Source of the DNA: an uncultured Chlamydiales bacterium
GTDB lineage: Bacteria; Chlamydiota; Chlamydiia; Chlamydiales; JAAKFR01
Length of the DNA stretch: 64,000 bases
Direction: 5' to 3'
NCBI GenBank assembly: GCA_963699155.1
Contig: OY969414.1
Coordinates: 779,757 to 843,756, forward strand
Part shown: positions 43,132 to 53,020 of the stretch, in pieces
How the letters are laid out: each line of letters opens with the position of its first letter
Numbering within the stretch: position 1 is the first letter of the stretch
Position numbers and translations under genes: made by a program
The notes under the pieces: generated by a model
What the model saw: only the letters and a program-made list of their open reading frames with translations
What the model was told of the DNA's origin: nothing
The model's database searches: none

Positions 43132-43546
43132 ATGTCAATTCAAGGAAGCAGTGAAAAAAAATCGGATTACATCTCTCTCGCGGGAGACAAAGAGTTCGAG
43201 TTGAACTTACAAGGTAAGTGCCGTCTCGATAGTTTGATGTCTATGTCACAGATGGCTACCGTGGCTGCGATTGGCTTTTGTATTGGGTATTTTAGCTGTA
43301 TACTGCCATACGGGGTTCGGAACTCCTTCGCCCCTTCCAGCTCATCCCACATTTATTGACCAAATGATATTGTCAGTAAAGGAGATACTTCAAAATCCTT
43401 TGGCAATCGTGGGTATTGTCGGCAGTAGCGTTTTTGGTGGGGTTGCTCTTGCAGGAGGCTATAAGATGCTGAAAAACCTTACCGAAGATGAAAGAAAGGA
43501 GTATTTAGAAAATTATCCTCCCCAGGAAGATCTACATCCTATCTAA
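43132..43546 (+). pseudogene. IS-disrupted small membrane protein gene, probably also frameshifted
   Basis: ATG lies in the IS direct repeat; two hydrophobic segments in overlapping frames. Confidence 0.45.
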
Positions 43547-43552
43547 AATCGG

Positions 43553-43573
43553 AGGCCGCACGCGCGGCCTTTT
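43553..43573 (+). terminator. Probable intrinsic terminator
   Basis: aggccgc-acgc-gcggcct followed by T run. Confidence 0.5.
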
Positions 43574-43648
43574 GCGACGTTCATTGAAAGTTAATCTCGA
43601 GATTGTTAAAATCTCCTTTCTTGTTATACGAAAACAATAAGGATAACT

Positions 43649-43825
43649 ATGCCAAGTGTCAAAGTGCGGATTGGAGAGACGATCGAGAAGGCTCTCAGAG
43701 CGTTAAAAAAGAAGCTTGATAAAGAGGGTGTGATGAAGTCGGCGAAGGCCCACCGTTTTTATGATAAGCCTTCTGTCAAAAAACGTGCGAAATCGAAAGC
43801 GGCTGCTAAATACAGAAATCGATGA
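43649..43825 (+). CDS. rpsU: 30S ribosomal protein S21 (absent from ORF track)
   Basis: [28 protein letters not shown]...[10 protein letters not shown]. Confidence 0.95.
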   Translation: MPSVKVRIGETIEKALRALKKKLDKEGVMKSAKAHRFYDKPSVKKRAKSKAAAKYRNR

Positions 43826-43839
43826 GAGCTGGCGAGCAG

Positions 43840-44997
43840 ATGGATTATTACGAAATCCTAGGGATCTCTAAGGGCGCTACTGAAGAGGAGCTGAAAAAAG
43901 CCTATCGTCAGAAGGCGCTCAAGTATCATCCTGACAAAAATCCCAACAACCCTGATGCAGAGGCCCATTTTAAGGAGGTCTCGGAAGCCTATGAGGTCTT
44001 GAGCGATCCCAAAAAGCGGGAGATGTATGACCGCTATGGCAAAGAGGGGGTCTTCGCGGGTGCCGGTGCGCCTGGTGGAGCTCAGGGCTTTGGCTCTATG
44101 GAAGAGGCCCTACGTACCTTCATGGATGCTTTTGGCGGCGGTGGCGGCGAGTCGATCTTCGATACCCTCTTTGGGGGTATGGGAGGGGGACGCGGAGGCA
44201 GAGCCCAGGCCCGTCAAGGGGCTAGCAAAAAGGCGACGATCCGGATCTCTTTCGAAGAGGCGGCGAGAGGGGCAGAAAAAGAGCTTCTCATCACACGTAA
44301 TGTGGTCTGTAAAACGTGTCAGGGGAGCGGTTCGGCCTCTCCAGATGGTGTCAGAACTTGTCCCAGATGCGAAGGCCAAGGTCAAGTCTTTCAATCACGT
44401 GGTTTCTTCAGCATGTCCTCACCCTGCCCACAATGTGGTGGCGAGGGTAAAATTATCACCGATCCTTGCAAAGAGTGCCGCGGCACTGGTCATACCAAAG
44501 AAAAGCAACATGTCAAGGTGCACATTCCAGCTGGAGTCGATACAGGGATGCGCCTCAAAATGTCCGGCTATGGCGATGCGGGCGAAGGGGGAGCTCCTGC
44601 GGGAGATCTCTATGTCTTTATCAACGTCGATAGCCATCCTGTTTTTGAGAGGGAAGGGGATGATATCCTCCTCGAGCTGCCGATCGGTTTTGGAGAAGCA
44701 GCGCTCGGCGTCAAGAAGGAGATTCCCACTCTAGCAGAGAGCTGCCGTCTCACCATTCCTGAAGGGACGCAGAGCGGTAAGGTCTTTCGGGTGAAAGGCA
44801 GAGGGTTTCCCAATGTGCATGGAAGAGGCTCTGGAGATCTTTTGGTGAAGATCACCGTCGAAACACCGACCCATCTGACACAAAAGCAGAAAGAGCTCTT
44901 ACAAGCCTTTGCCAAAACAGAGGGTGTCGACAATCACCCACGCAAAAAGAGCTTCACGGAGAAGATCAAGTCATTTTTTGCTGACCCTTCTCCGTAA
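43840..44997 (+). CDS. dnaJ: Chaperone DnaJ
   Basis: HPD, G/F region, four CxxCxGxG. Confidence 0.97.
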   Translation: MDYYEILGISKGATEEELKKAYRQKALKYHPDKNPNNPDAEAHFKEVSEAYEVLSDPKKREMYDRYGKEGVFAGAGAPGGAQGFGSMEEALRTFMDAFGGGGGESIFDTLFGGMGGGRGGRAQARQGASKKATIRISFEEAARGAEKELLITRNVVCKTCQGSGSASPDGVRTCPRCEGQGQVFQSRGFFSMSSPCPQCGGEGKIITDPCKECRGTGHTKEKQHVKVHIPAGVDTGMRLKMSGYGDAGEGGAPAGDLYVFINVDSHPVFEREGDDILLELPIGFGEAALGVKKEIPTLAESCRLTIPEGTQSGKVFRVKGRGFPNVHGRGSGDLLVKITVETPTHLTQKQKELLQAFAKTEGVDNHPRKKSFTEKIKSFFADPSP

Positions 44998-45026
44998 AGT
45001 AAGTCGATCACAAACCAGGGAGGAAC

Positions 45027-47036
45027 GTGAGCCAGTCTACACAAACCCAATCTCAGACGGCACTACAAACCTTAAAAATCCTCTATCTCTCTCGCTTTGC
45101 CGATGAGAAAATGGCCAAGCTGGCCAAGCAGAATAAAGGAGGCACCTTCCAGCTTTCGGCTGCGGGGCATGAGCTGGTCGGCGCTGTCTGCGCACAAAGT
45201 TTAGTCTCTGGCAAAGATTGGGGTTTACCCTACTACCGAGATCAAGGTTTCGCATTGGGGATCGGTTGTGAGTTGACAGAGCTGTTCGGCGTCTTTTTGG
45301 GGCGCGAAACGGTCAACCACTCGGCGGGAAGAATGATGCCCCACCACTATTCCGATAAGAAGCGGCGTATCATCTGCCAATCGAGCGTGGTCGGCTCTCA
45401 ATTTCTCCATGCCGTAGGGAAGGCGATCGCGATCAAAAATTTGGGCAAAGATGAGCTGGTCTATGTCTCCGCAGGAGAGGGAGCCACCTCACAAGGCGAC
45501 TTCCACGAGGCTCTCAATTTTGCCTCGATCCATCAGCTTCCCGTCATTTTTGTCATCCAGAACAATGGGTGGGCCATTTCTGTTCCTGTCGAAGAGCAGT
45601 CTGCAGGTGGCAGTTTGATCGAGGTGATGCGTGGCTATTCCGGTATGAGTGTGGAAGAGGTCGATGGCACCGATTATCTCGCCCTGAAAGAGGCGATGGA
45701 GAGAGCTGTGAAACGGGGACGAGAAGGGCGAGGTCCGACAGCGATGATGGCCCATGTCCCCCGCTTAGCAGCGCATAGCAATAGCGACAATCCCAAAAAG
45801 TATCTAAGAGACGAGATGGAGCTCCATGCATTGGCGCGCGACCCGATTCCTGTTTTTGAAAAATGGCTGAGCGATCAGGGAATTGAGTTTACAGCTGTGC
45901 GCGAAGCTGCCCAAGCAGAGGTGGAAGCCGCTGCTGCTGCCGCGGAAGCTCTTCCTTTCCCTGCACAGGGCAGTAGCCGTATGCATGTTTTTGCTCCCTT
46001 TGATCCTCCTGTTCCTTTATCAGAACAGCCTCCACAGGAGGGTGAGAAGATCGTTATTATGGATGCGATCAACCATGCATTGATCGAGGAGATGGAACAA
46101 GATCCCCACGTGGTCGTCTTTGGACAAGATGTGGCTCACGGCAAAGGGGGAGTTTTCGGGATCACCCGCACTCTGACAGAACGGTTTGGAAAGGAGCGCT
46201 GCTTCAACACTCCTTTAGCCGAGTCGACGATCATCGGCCTCGCCATCGGCCTATCGATGGATGGCATCCATAAGCCCGTTGCCGAAGTCCAATTTGCCGA
46301 CTACCTCTGGACAGGGATCAATCAGCTCTTCAATGAGGCTTCCAGCATCCACTACAGGTCTAACGGGGAGTGGGAGGTGCCGATCGTCGTGCGCATGCCC
46401 TGCGGCGGCTACATTCAGGGCGGCCCCTATCACTCACAAAGTATCGAAGGCTTTCTCACCCACTGCCCAGGGTTAAAAGTGGTTATCCCAAGCAATGCTG
46501 CCGATGCAAAAGGGCTGTTAAAAACGGCGATCCGTGATCCCAATCCGGTACTCTTTTTAGAGCATAAGGGACTCTACCGTCAGCAGAAATTTTGTGCCCG
46601 CCCCGAACCCTCCAAAGACTATCTCATCCCCTTCGGTCAAGCCTCCACAGTTCGTTCTGGAACTGACCTCACAGTCATCTGTTGGGGCATGATGGTGGTG
46701 ATGGCAGCAGATGTGGCCGAAAAGCTAGCCTTCGAAGGTATTTCTATCGAAGTGATCGATCTGCGCACTCTCGTGCCACTCGACAGCGCCACCATCATCA
46801 CCTCGATTCAAAAGACAGGTAAGGCATTGATCGCTCACGAAGCGCCCCGCAACTGCGGGTTTGGCGCCGAAATCGCCGCCCGCATCGCCGAAGAGGCCTT
46901 CGAGTATCTCGATGCCCCCATCCAGCGCGTCTGCGGCTTCGACAGCCCCGTCCCCTACAGCAAAACGCTCGAAAACGAGGTCCTTCCCCAAACCGCCGAT
47001 CTCGAGTCCGCCATCCGCCACCTCGCGAGGTATTAA
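45027..47036 (+). CDS. Fused E1 alpha/beta 2-oxoisovalerate dehydrogenase
   Basis: TPP motif GEGATSQG..NN; GVFG, FNTPLAE, HSQS. Confidence 0.92.
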   Translation: MSQSTQTQSQTALQTLKILYLSRFADEKMAKLAKQNKGGTFQLSAAGHELVGAVCAQSLVSGKDWGLPYYRDQGFALGIGCELTELFGVFLGRETVNHSAGRMMPHHYSDKKRRIICQSSVVGSQFLHAVGKAIAIKNLGKDELVYVSAGEGATSQGDFHEALNFASIHQLPVIFVIQNNGWAISVPVEEQSAGGSLIEVMRGYSGMSVEEVDGTDYLALKEAMERAVKRGREGRGPTAMMAHVPRLAAHSNSDNPKKYLRDEMELHALARDPIPVFEKWLSDQGIEFTAVREAAQAEVEAAAAAAEALPFPAQGSSRMHVFAPFDPPVPLSEQPPQEGEKIVIMDAINHALIEEMEQDPHVVVFGQDVAHGKGGVFGITRTLTERFGKERCFNTPLAESTIIGLAIGLSMDGIHKPVAEVQFADYLWTGINQLFNEASSIHYRSNGEWEVPIVVRMPCGGYIQGGPYHSQSIEGFLTHCPGLKVVIPSNAADAKGLLKTAIRDPNPVLFLEHKGLYRQQKFCARPEPSKDYLIPFGQASTVRSGTDLTVICWGMMVVMAADVAEKLAFEGISIEVIDLRTLVPLDSATIITSIQKTGKALIAHEAPRNCGFGAEIAARIAEEAFEYLDAPIQRVCGFDSPVPYSKTLENEVLPQTADLESAIRHLARY

Positions 47037-48656
47037 ATGGCCATCTCTGTAGCAACAGAAGTGAGCAACCCCCTCATATCAGCAAACACGCAAACCCCAA
47101 AACTCAAAATCATCATCGAGGCGATCAGCATCATTCTGTTGATTGGGAGCTTGGTCGCTGCGGGCCTTCTCTTTCCGCGGATGGGCTACCCCGCATGCGC
47201 CATTGCAGGGGGCGGCATCGCCCTCACCATTCTCAGCTTTGCTCTAGTAAGCTATTGCCGACCAGAACCTACACCTCCCTCCTCTTCTGCCACCTTCACT
47301 CCACTGCTCAATCAGCAATTTGAGGCTTCAGAAATGAAGATCGCGGAGCATCGCATTGCCGATATCCCCCTCGAATTCCTCTTTAAACCTCCCACCCTAT
47401 CTGATCGACTCGATCCCCGTTCCTGGTATCACGACTCATGGAATGTGATGGAGGATCAGAAAAATCAGGAGGCAATGCGCGCTGTCCATTCTCGTATCCA
47501 GGCTCTCAATCAAGCCTTCAACTTCGAAGAACGTTTCAAGCGATTGGATTGTGATGATCTGCGGGTGAAAGATCTGATGGGGCCCCTCTCTGCCAAGAGT
47601 TCTCTCTTATTAAAGATGATGCTGGATGAGGAGCTAGTGACGCTCACACTCTCTTCGGTTAGCTCAATCAAAGACAAAAAGGTCTGGAAGGCCTTTGGCC
47701 CGCGCCTGATTGCCTTGAGTCGTCAACATCCTCAATACACTTTCCCTGCTCTTCTCACGCAAGAAAGTGTCGGAACCATCCCCCTGATACATCTTCCCAA
47801 GCTGAAAGCAGAAATGATCAATGCTCACCCGCAGCTTTTCCCACCCCTCACCCTGCTCCTTATCGAGACTGAGGAGCTACAAAAAATAGAGCTCACGAAA
47901 CTCTCTGATGAGCATCTACAGATCCTCTTTTCCTGTAGATTTTATGATTCTGCGCCTGATCCCCATAACTGCTACTATCCCTTTGTCCAGCGTCTCAAAC
48001 CTGAGCAGGTCAATGGAAGCTTACAGCGCATTTCCCAGATGCAGATCAATAAATACTCACATCCCGACCACAGAGGCTGGATCACGGTATTCACTAACCA
48101 TGGTTATGAACTTCTGGACCGCCTCAGCGAAACCCAGATTCTCCATCTTGATCTCTCCCTGATGACCCCCCAAATTTTTAATGTTATTTTTACAACCACT
48201 CATACCTTTTCTGGAGCCAACAAACTCCTCCCCAAATTCCCCCTAGCCTCGATCTACCGGTTGATGCGTTTCTTTCCCAAAGATAGCTTATGGCACTGCA
48301 TTGGAGAAGCACATGCTCTTGCTTTTGAATTCTCCCAAATTGCCGACGATCATCAAAGAAAGGAGGTGTTTAATAAACTCTTCCCCTGGTATCCCCTGAA
48401 AAAATGTACCCTAGAACGCATTCAGGAACTTTCTCCTCTCTTCTCTGATCTCCATTGGCGCGCTATCAGGGAGGAGCATGCGGGTTCCCTCGACTACTCT
48501 CGCATCCCTGAAGCCAATCGTCAAAGAGTCCTCAACCTCATCTTCGAAGGCGGAGGTTCCTACTCATCTGCCGCTCTCTACCTCCCTAAGCTCTCCTCCA
48601 CCCAAAAAGCGTTCGTCAAACCCTACCTCTCCCCCGAGGCCCTTAAACACCTTTGA
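47037..48656 (+). CDS. Inc-like/effector-like protein
   Basis: N-terminal bilobed hydrophobic region, long Leu-rich tail. Confidence 0.65.
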   Translation: MAISVATEVSNPLISANTQTPKLKIIIEAISIILLIGSLVAAGLLFPRMGYPACAIAGGGIALTILSFALVSYCRPEPTPPSSSATFTPLLNQQFEASEMKIAEHRIADIPLEFLFKPPTLSDRLDPRSWYHDSWNVMEDQKNQEAMRAVHSRIQALNQAFNFEERFKRLDCDDLRVKDLMGPLSAKSSLLLKMMLDEELVTLTLSSVSSIKDKKVWKAFGPRLIALSRQHPQYTFPALLTQESVGTIPLIHLPKLKAEMINAHPQLFPPLTLLLIETEELQKIELTKLSDEHLQILFSCRFYDSAPDPHNCYYPFVQRLKPEQVNGSLQRISQMQINKYSHPDHRGWITVFTNHGYELLDRLSETQILHLDLSLMTPQIFNVIFTTTHTFSGANKLLPKFPLASIYRLMRFFPKDSLWHCIGEAHALAFEFSQIADDHQRKEVFNKLFPWYPLKKCTLERIQELSPLFSDLHWRAIREEHAGSLDYSRIPEANRQRVLNLIFEGGGSYSSAALYLPKLSSTQKAFVKPYLSPEALKHL

Positions 48657-48696
48657 TATTTGAACGAGAATCAGTGATTCCCTTGCTGTAACAATA

Positions 48697-48782
48697 TACC
48701 CGACGCACCATCACTCGGCTATCGCCTCGGATGATGGCGCGGGTAAAGCTCACCGAAGGTCGCTACGCTCCCAACGGCTCGG
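48697..48782. repeat. REP-like double hairpin
   Basis: tacccgacgcaccatca...tgatggcgcgggta plus second GC hairpin around cgctacgct. Confidence 0.5.
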
Positions 48783-48888
48783 AAAATTCATGTTTGAGAG
48801 GATTTTTTAACATTGACATTACAGTGAGACTGGGGATGAAAGAATTCCATTCTTACGTTATTATTCATCCAAACTGAATAAGGTAACT

Positions 48889-49443
48889 ATGAACTTTAAG
48901 TATGAAAATCCGGTGGTTGTCTTTAAGGGGAGAAGAATCGATGTGGTGGAGATCGATGTTCTCGATCCGAAAGGAAGAAAGGTGAAGCGGGAGGTTGTCG
49001 ACCATCCGGGTGCGGTGGTGATTTTGCCGCTGCTGGACAATGGGGATGTGGTTTTGATTCGCAATGAGCGTTATGTGGTGCAGCAGACGCTGTGGGAGCT
49101 GCCGGCGGGGACGATTGATGAGGGGGAAGCGCCAGAGGCATGTGCGGAACGGGAGTTGGAAGAGGAGACAGGCTATCGTGCAGGCAAGCTGGAGCCGCTC
49201 TTTGACTGTTTTTCTACGCCTGGCTTCTCTAATGAAATCCTCCACATCTTTTTAGCCGAAAATCTCCACCATGTCGGGCAATCGCTAGAGGAGATGGAGA
49301 AGATCGATGTCGAGCCGCTCCATCTGGATGTGGCTCTAAAAATGATTCGAGAGGGGATTATCCGCGACGCCAAAACGATCGCTGCGCTTCTTTTTTTCTA
49401 TGCCTATCGCCAAAAGCATGATCGCCGTCAAAAACGCCGCTAA
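48889..49443 (+). CDS. NUDIX hydrolase (ADP-ribose pyrophosphatase-like)
   Basis: ELPAG..E...AERELEEETG; DAKT. Confidence 0.92.
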   Translation: MNFKYENPVVVFKGRRIDVVEIDVLDPKGRKVKREVVDHPGAVVILPLLDNGDVVLIRNERYVVQQTLWELPAGTIDEGEAPEACAERELEEETGYRAGKLEPLFDCFSTPGFSNEILHIFLAENLHHVGQSLEEMEKIDVEPLHLDVALKMIREGIIRDAKTIAALLFFYAYRQKHDRRQKRR

Positions 49444-50796
49444 GAGCCAGGGAGCCATCGACGAGATATGGATCGTTTTCAGTGCAATCGGGGGTGATTC
49501 GGTTAAGCGGAGTAAGGTATCGCAGTAGAGACCATTGAGGAGATGCGCCCAAGGACCAAGGAAGAGGCTGGCGATAAAGAAGAGAAGGGCAAAACTGGCG
49601 CACAAGGGGAAGAAGAGGTTGTAGAGCAAACCGCTTAAGGGGAACTGGTGAAAGGTAAATAAGAGCAAAGGGAGAAGGGTGATGTGGACTGCGCTTGTGA
49701 GTGCCAACCCTTCACGCAAAAGTGACACATAGATATAGCCCTGTTGCCATAACCAGTGACGAGGGAGAATGTGTGATAAACGCTCTTTCGGAATCCATTT
49801 TTGCAGCCAAAGGTCGCAGGGTGCATAGAAGAAGAGAATGCCCGCAGTGGCCAAGTAGCTGAGTTGGAAGCTCAGTGTAAGCGCTGAGAGAGGGTCTATT
49901 AGAAGCGCTAAACAGAGGGCCACTCCCAATCCATTTTGAGCCGAGCACCTTCTTTCTATAAGCAGTCCAAGCAGAAAAGCCATCGCCATGATCCACGCGC
50001 GCAGTACGGAAGGAGTGGGACCGACAAAGAGAAAGTAGGCTGTCAATCCTGCCATCAAAAAGAGAGATTCGAGCTTGGAGGGCAAAAAGAGGCGCAAAAT
50101 CAGGTGGAGGGCCAGCGCGATCAATGAAAAATGGAGTCCTGAGATCGCCATGAGATGGGAAAGGCCGAGCTGACTAAACTCTTTCTGCATCACCCGATCT
50201 TCCAACTGGCCTGTGATCATCCCTGTTAAAAAATGGGCGGCTCGAGGCTGCGGGATGTTGCGCTCAATATAGCCTTTCACTGCCTCCTGCGCCCTATAAC
50301 GCAGGTCGCCGAGATTCCAATGAGAAGCTCTCTCCTGCCAGAGCCCTTGCGCTTTTAACTGATGCCAAGGCCCCTGAGCTTTTAACTGATATTGTTTGTT
50401 GCGCAGTTCGCGAACCGTTCCTTTGATCTGATACTTCCTCCCTGCACTGTGCAGATTTTTGGCAAAACATCTGCAAGGGATGAACCCTTTTTCTGTTTTC
50501 AACTTTCCTTGATAGGACCAACCGCCGCTGTAGCGCTCGCTCTTGCGGATCGTCTCGATGGTAAAAATTCCCTCCACCTCACTCCCACTTGGAGGAAAGA
50601 AAAAGAATTGATAGCAGATCGCGAGAGGGACTAAGAAAAGAGCCACTGACGCAAAAAGATTTTCTTTACGGAGCAGTAAGAGAAACGGAACCACCGCTAG
50701 AGCGGTTTGCAGAGAAAAAAGAGTCCCGCATAAGAGGATGATCCCATAGAAGAGGGCGGGGGTTCGTAATCTTATGTGAAAAATCGACTCGTTCAT
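49336..50796 (-). CDS. comEC: ComEC/Rec2 competence protein
   Basis: GLSHLMAISGLH, PSVLRA, SFQLSY. Confidence 0.88.
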   Translation of the reverse strand: MNESIFHIRLRTPALFYGIILLCGTLFSLQTALAVVPFLLLLRKENLFASVALFLVPLAICYQFFFFPPSGSEVEGIFTIETIRKSERYSGGWSYQGKLKTEKGFIPCRCFAKNLHSAGRKYQIKGTVRELRNKQYQLKAQGPWHQLKAQGLWQERASHWNLGDLRYRAQEAVKGYIERNIPQPRAAHFLTGMITGQLEDRVMQKEFSQLGLSHLMAISGLHFSLIALALHLILRLFLPSKLESLFLMAGLTAYFLFVGPTPSVLRAWIMAMAFLLGLLIERRCSAQNGLGVALCLALLIDPLSALTLSFQLSYLATAGILFFYAPCDLWLQKWIPKERLSHILPRHWLWQQGYIYVSLLREGLALTSAVHITLLPLLLFTFHQFPLSGLLYNLFFPLCASFALLFFIASLFLGPWAHLLNGLYCDTLLRLTESPPIALKTIHISSMAPWLLAAFLTAIMLLAIGIEKKKRSDRFGVADNPLSNHF

Positions 50797-50816
50797 AATT
50801 GGAAAGAACATTATAC

Positions 50817-50985
50817 TAACCTGAATTTTGGGTTTTTTTCCCTCAGATTCAGGCAGTTTACTTGCACCTCTTGTGCTTTTCGCCCTTGCAGAGGGCCTTT
50901 GGCCATTTGCTGCGGCCGAAAATCCCAAGATTTGCTGCGTAAACTCCTCTGAATCTGAGGGAAAAAAAACCCAAAATTCAGGTTA
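50817..50985. mobile_element. MITE-like element with 36/37-bp terminal inverted repeats
   Basis: taacctgaattttgggtttttttccctcagattcag vs ctgaatctgagggaaaaaaaacccaaaattcaggtta. Confidence 0.78.
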
Positions 50986-50994
50986 CTTCTCCCT

Positions 50995-51801
50995 ATGGCT
51001 GAACAGATGTTCAATTTCTTCTCCGATCACGGTGAAAATCCCCCTTTTCATCAGGTCATCGCTCTTCATGAGCCTCCCTTTCTTTCATGGGAAGAGAGAG
51101 TGGCGGAAATTCCCCTTTTGCCTCGTGGTTGGTATGAGTTGGCTAAACTCCCTGTCGCGGATAGAATTGAATTTACCCATGATTTCTGGTTCACGAAACT
51201 TCCTTTCATTGCCAGTGCCAATCTGGAAAAAAGGCTCAACGAGTTCTTTGAAACTGTGGAGGAAATAGTCCTCTTTGCAACCCAAGTCAAGCAGGGAGGT
51301 CCCTTCGATCTCCACATGGTTTATAGCCTCAAAGATGATTTGGGCTATTTTCAAGGCCACTCTCCTGCCTCTCCTGAGGCCATTGACCGTTTAGTCAAGC
51401 AATTTGCTCATGTCAATCTCCCTCCCGATTATCTCGCCTTCCTTCAGATTCATGATGGCTTCAGCAAATATACAGATACAGGGCTGATCCGGTTGAAAGA
51501 TATGGTGCAGGTCTATCAGCGTCTCCAGCATCTGCTAATCGAGGATCTGCTAGTGCGGCCTGATGGCCAAATCATCAGTCCCGAAACATTGATCCCCTTC
51601 TATGAATCGTTTGGCCTCCATGCCTATCAATGCTTCTACGCCGATTGGTATCCCGAAATGGAGATGGGCAATCTCTATTTTTCAGAACATGACCGCTCGA
51701 TCAGTAACTATTTAGATAGTCAAACTCTCGAAGAAAATCTTGCTTTTCCTTCGTTTTTAGGATGGCTCATCTTTTATTTAGAAGACATTTGGCATCCATG
51801 A
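50995..51801 (+). CDS. SMI1/KNR4-domain protein
   Basis: LPPDYLAFL..HDG, FPSFLGWL. Confidence 0.7.
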   Translation: MAEQMFNFFSDHGENPPFHQVIALHEPPFLSWEERVAEIPLLPRGWYELAKLPVADRIEFTHDFWFTKLPFIASANLEKRLNEFFETVEEIVLFATQVKQGGPFDLHMVYSLKDDLGYFQGHSPASPEAIDRLVKQFAHVNLPPDYLAFLQIHDGFSKYTDTGLIRLKDMVQVYQRLQHLLIEDLLVRPDGQIISPETLIPFYESFGLHAYQCFYADWYPEMEMGNLYFSEHDRSISNYLDSQTLEENLAFPSFLGWLIFYLEDIWHP

Positions 51802-52748
51802 AACTGGATCAATTTTATCAAGAATTTGGAGAGGAGTTAGAGCTACAGCTGATCGCTGGGAAGAAAGGGCTAGAAAATGAGCTCACACTTGCTGAAGCTG
51901 AGATTCCTGGCCTGAGCCTAGCCGGTTATCGAAAAGCTTTGACCCAGCAGCGGGTGCTCGTCTTTGGGCCTCCTGAACTTGCCTACTTAAAAGAGTTTCC
52001 ACCCAGAGAATTGGAAAAACGGCTCCAGCTACTTTTAAAGAGGAAAGTCCCTGCTCTCTGCGTGGCTGAAGGACTATTGCCACCCAAACAGGTCACAGAG
52101 ATCTGTGAAAAACGGGGAATTCCACTCTTTCAATCCCAACTCTCTTCACTCTCTCTCCTCGGAAAACTCCTCTCCCTTTTGGCCGACATCTTTGCGCCGA
52201 CAGTCTGTTGTCATGGCTCTTTTGTCGAGGTATTTGGCATGGGCCTCTTGATTCAAGGGGATTCGGCTGTTGGAAAGAGTGAAGCCGCCTTGGGGTTGAT
52301 CGAACGGGGTCATCGCCTGATTTCCGATGATATCGTCAGGGTTCGCAAGCTCGATGATCAATCCCTAGAGGGAGGCGGCTCAGATCTGACACGTCATCAT
52401 TTAGAGGTGAGGGGAGTGGGAATCATCAATGTGGCGAGCCACTATGGAGCCGCCTCCATCACAGAAAAGAAAAGTCTTGATATTGTGGTGAAGTTGGAAG
52501 TGTGGGATGATAGTCATTTTTATGATCGTGCAGGTTTAGAGGAGAAAACAGTGACCATTTTAGCCACCGAGGTCCCCTATCACATTCTTCCTGTAAAGCC
52601 GGGGCGTGATGTGGTTCTCCTTGTAGAAACAATCGCTCTCAATCACCGGCTGAAAACGGCAGGTTTTCATGCTGCGCGTGAGCTCGATCAACATCTTCTC
52701 GCGCGAATAGAACATAAACACAGACAGTCATGGATCAAGAACACCTAG
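51798..52748 (+). CDS. hprK: HPr kinase/phosphorylase
   Basis: GDSAVGKSE, LISDD, LEVRGVGII. Confidence 0.93.
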   Translation: MKLDQFYQEFGEELELQLIAGKKGLENELTLAEAEIPGLSLAGYRKALTQQRVLVFGPPELAYLKEFPPRELEKRLQLLLKRKVPALCVAEGLLPPKQVTEICEKRGIPLFQSQLSSLSLLGKLLSLLADIFAPTVCCHGSFVEVFGMGLLIQGDSAVGKSEAALGLIERGHRLISDDIVRVRKLDDQSLEGGGSDLTRHHLEVRGVGIINVASHYGAASITEKKSLDIVVKLEVWDDSHFYDRAGLEEKTVTILATEVPYHILPVKPGRDVVLLVETIALNHRLKTAGFHAARELDQHLLARIEHKHRQSWIKNT

Positions 52749-53020
52749 TTTGTGAAATCCGAGTCAGAAATGAGCTGGGCCTCCACACGCGCCCTGCCAC
52801 AATGATTGTCAAAGCGCTGCAAGATTCCAAAAGTGAAGTTTTTTTTACCTATAAAGATGAAAAGATCAATGCAAAGAGTATCTTAAGCATCCTCATGTTG
52901 GCAGCCCAAAAAAATGCTCTTATCACGATCGATGTGATTGGGGAGGATGCTCGGGCAACGATGGATCGTTTAATCGCCTGTTTTGAAAATGGATTTGGTG
53001 AGGGAGTGAAAAGTGCATAA
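52730..53020 (+). CDS. ptsH: Phosphocarrier HPr
   Basis: GLHTRPA, NAKSI. Confidence 0.95.
   Translation: MDQEHLVCEIRVRNELGLHTRPATMIVKALQDSKSEVFFTYKDEKINAKSILSILMLAAQKNALITIDVIGEDARATMDRLIACFENGFGEGVKSA

Noticed and set aside
48684..48797. Integron attC site
   Set aside because: Ends do not fit RYYYAAC/GTTRRRY and the only tyrosine recombinase is a plain XerC.
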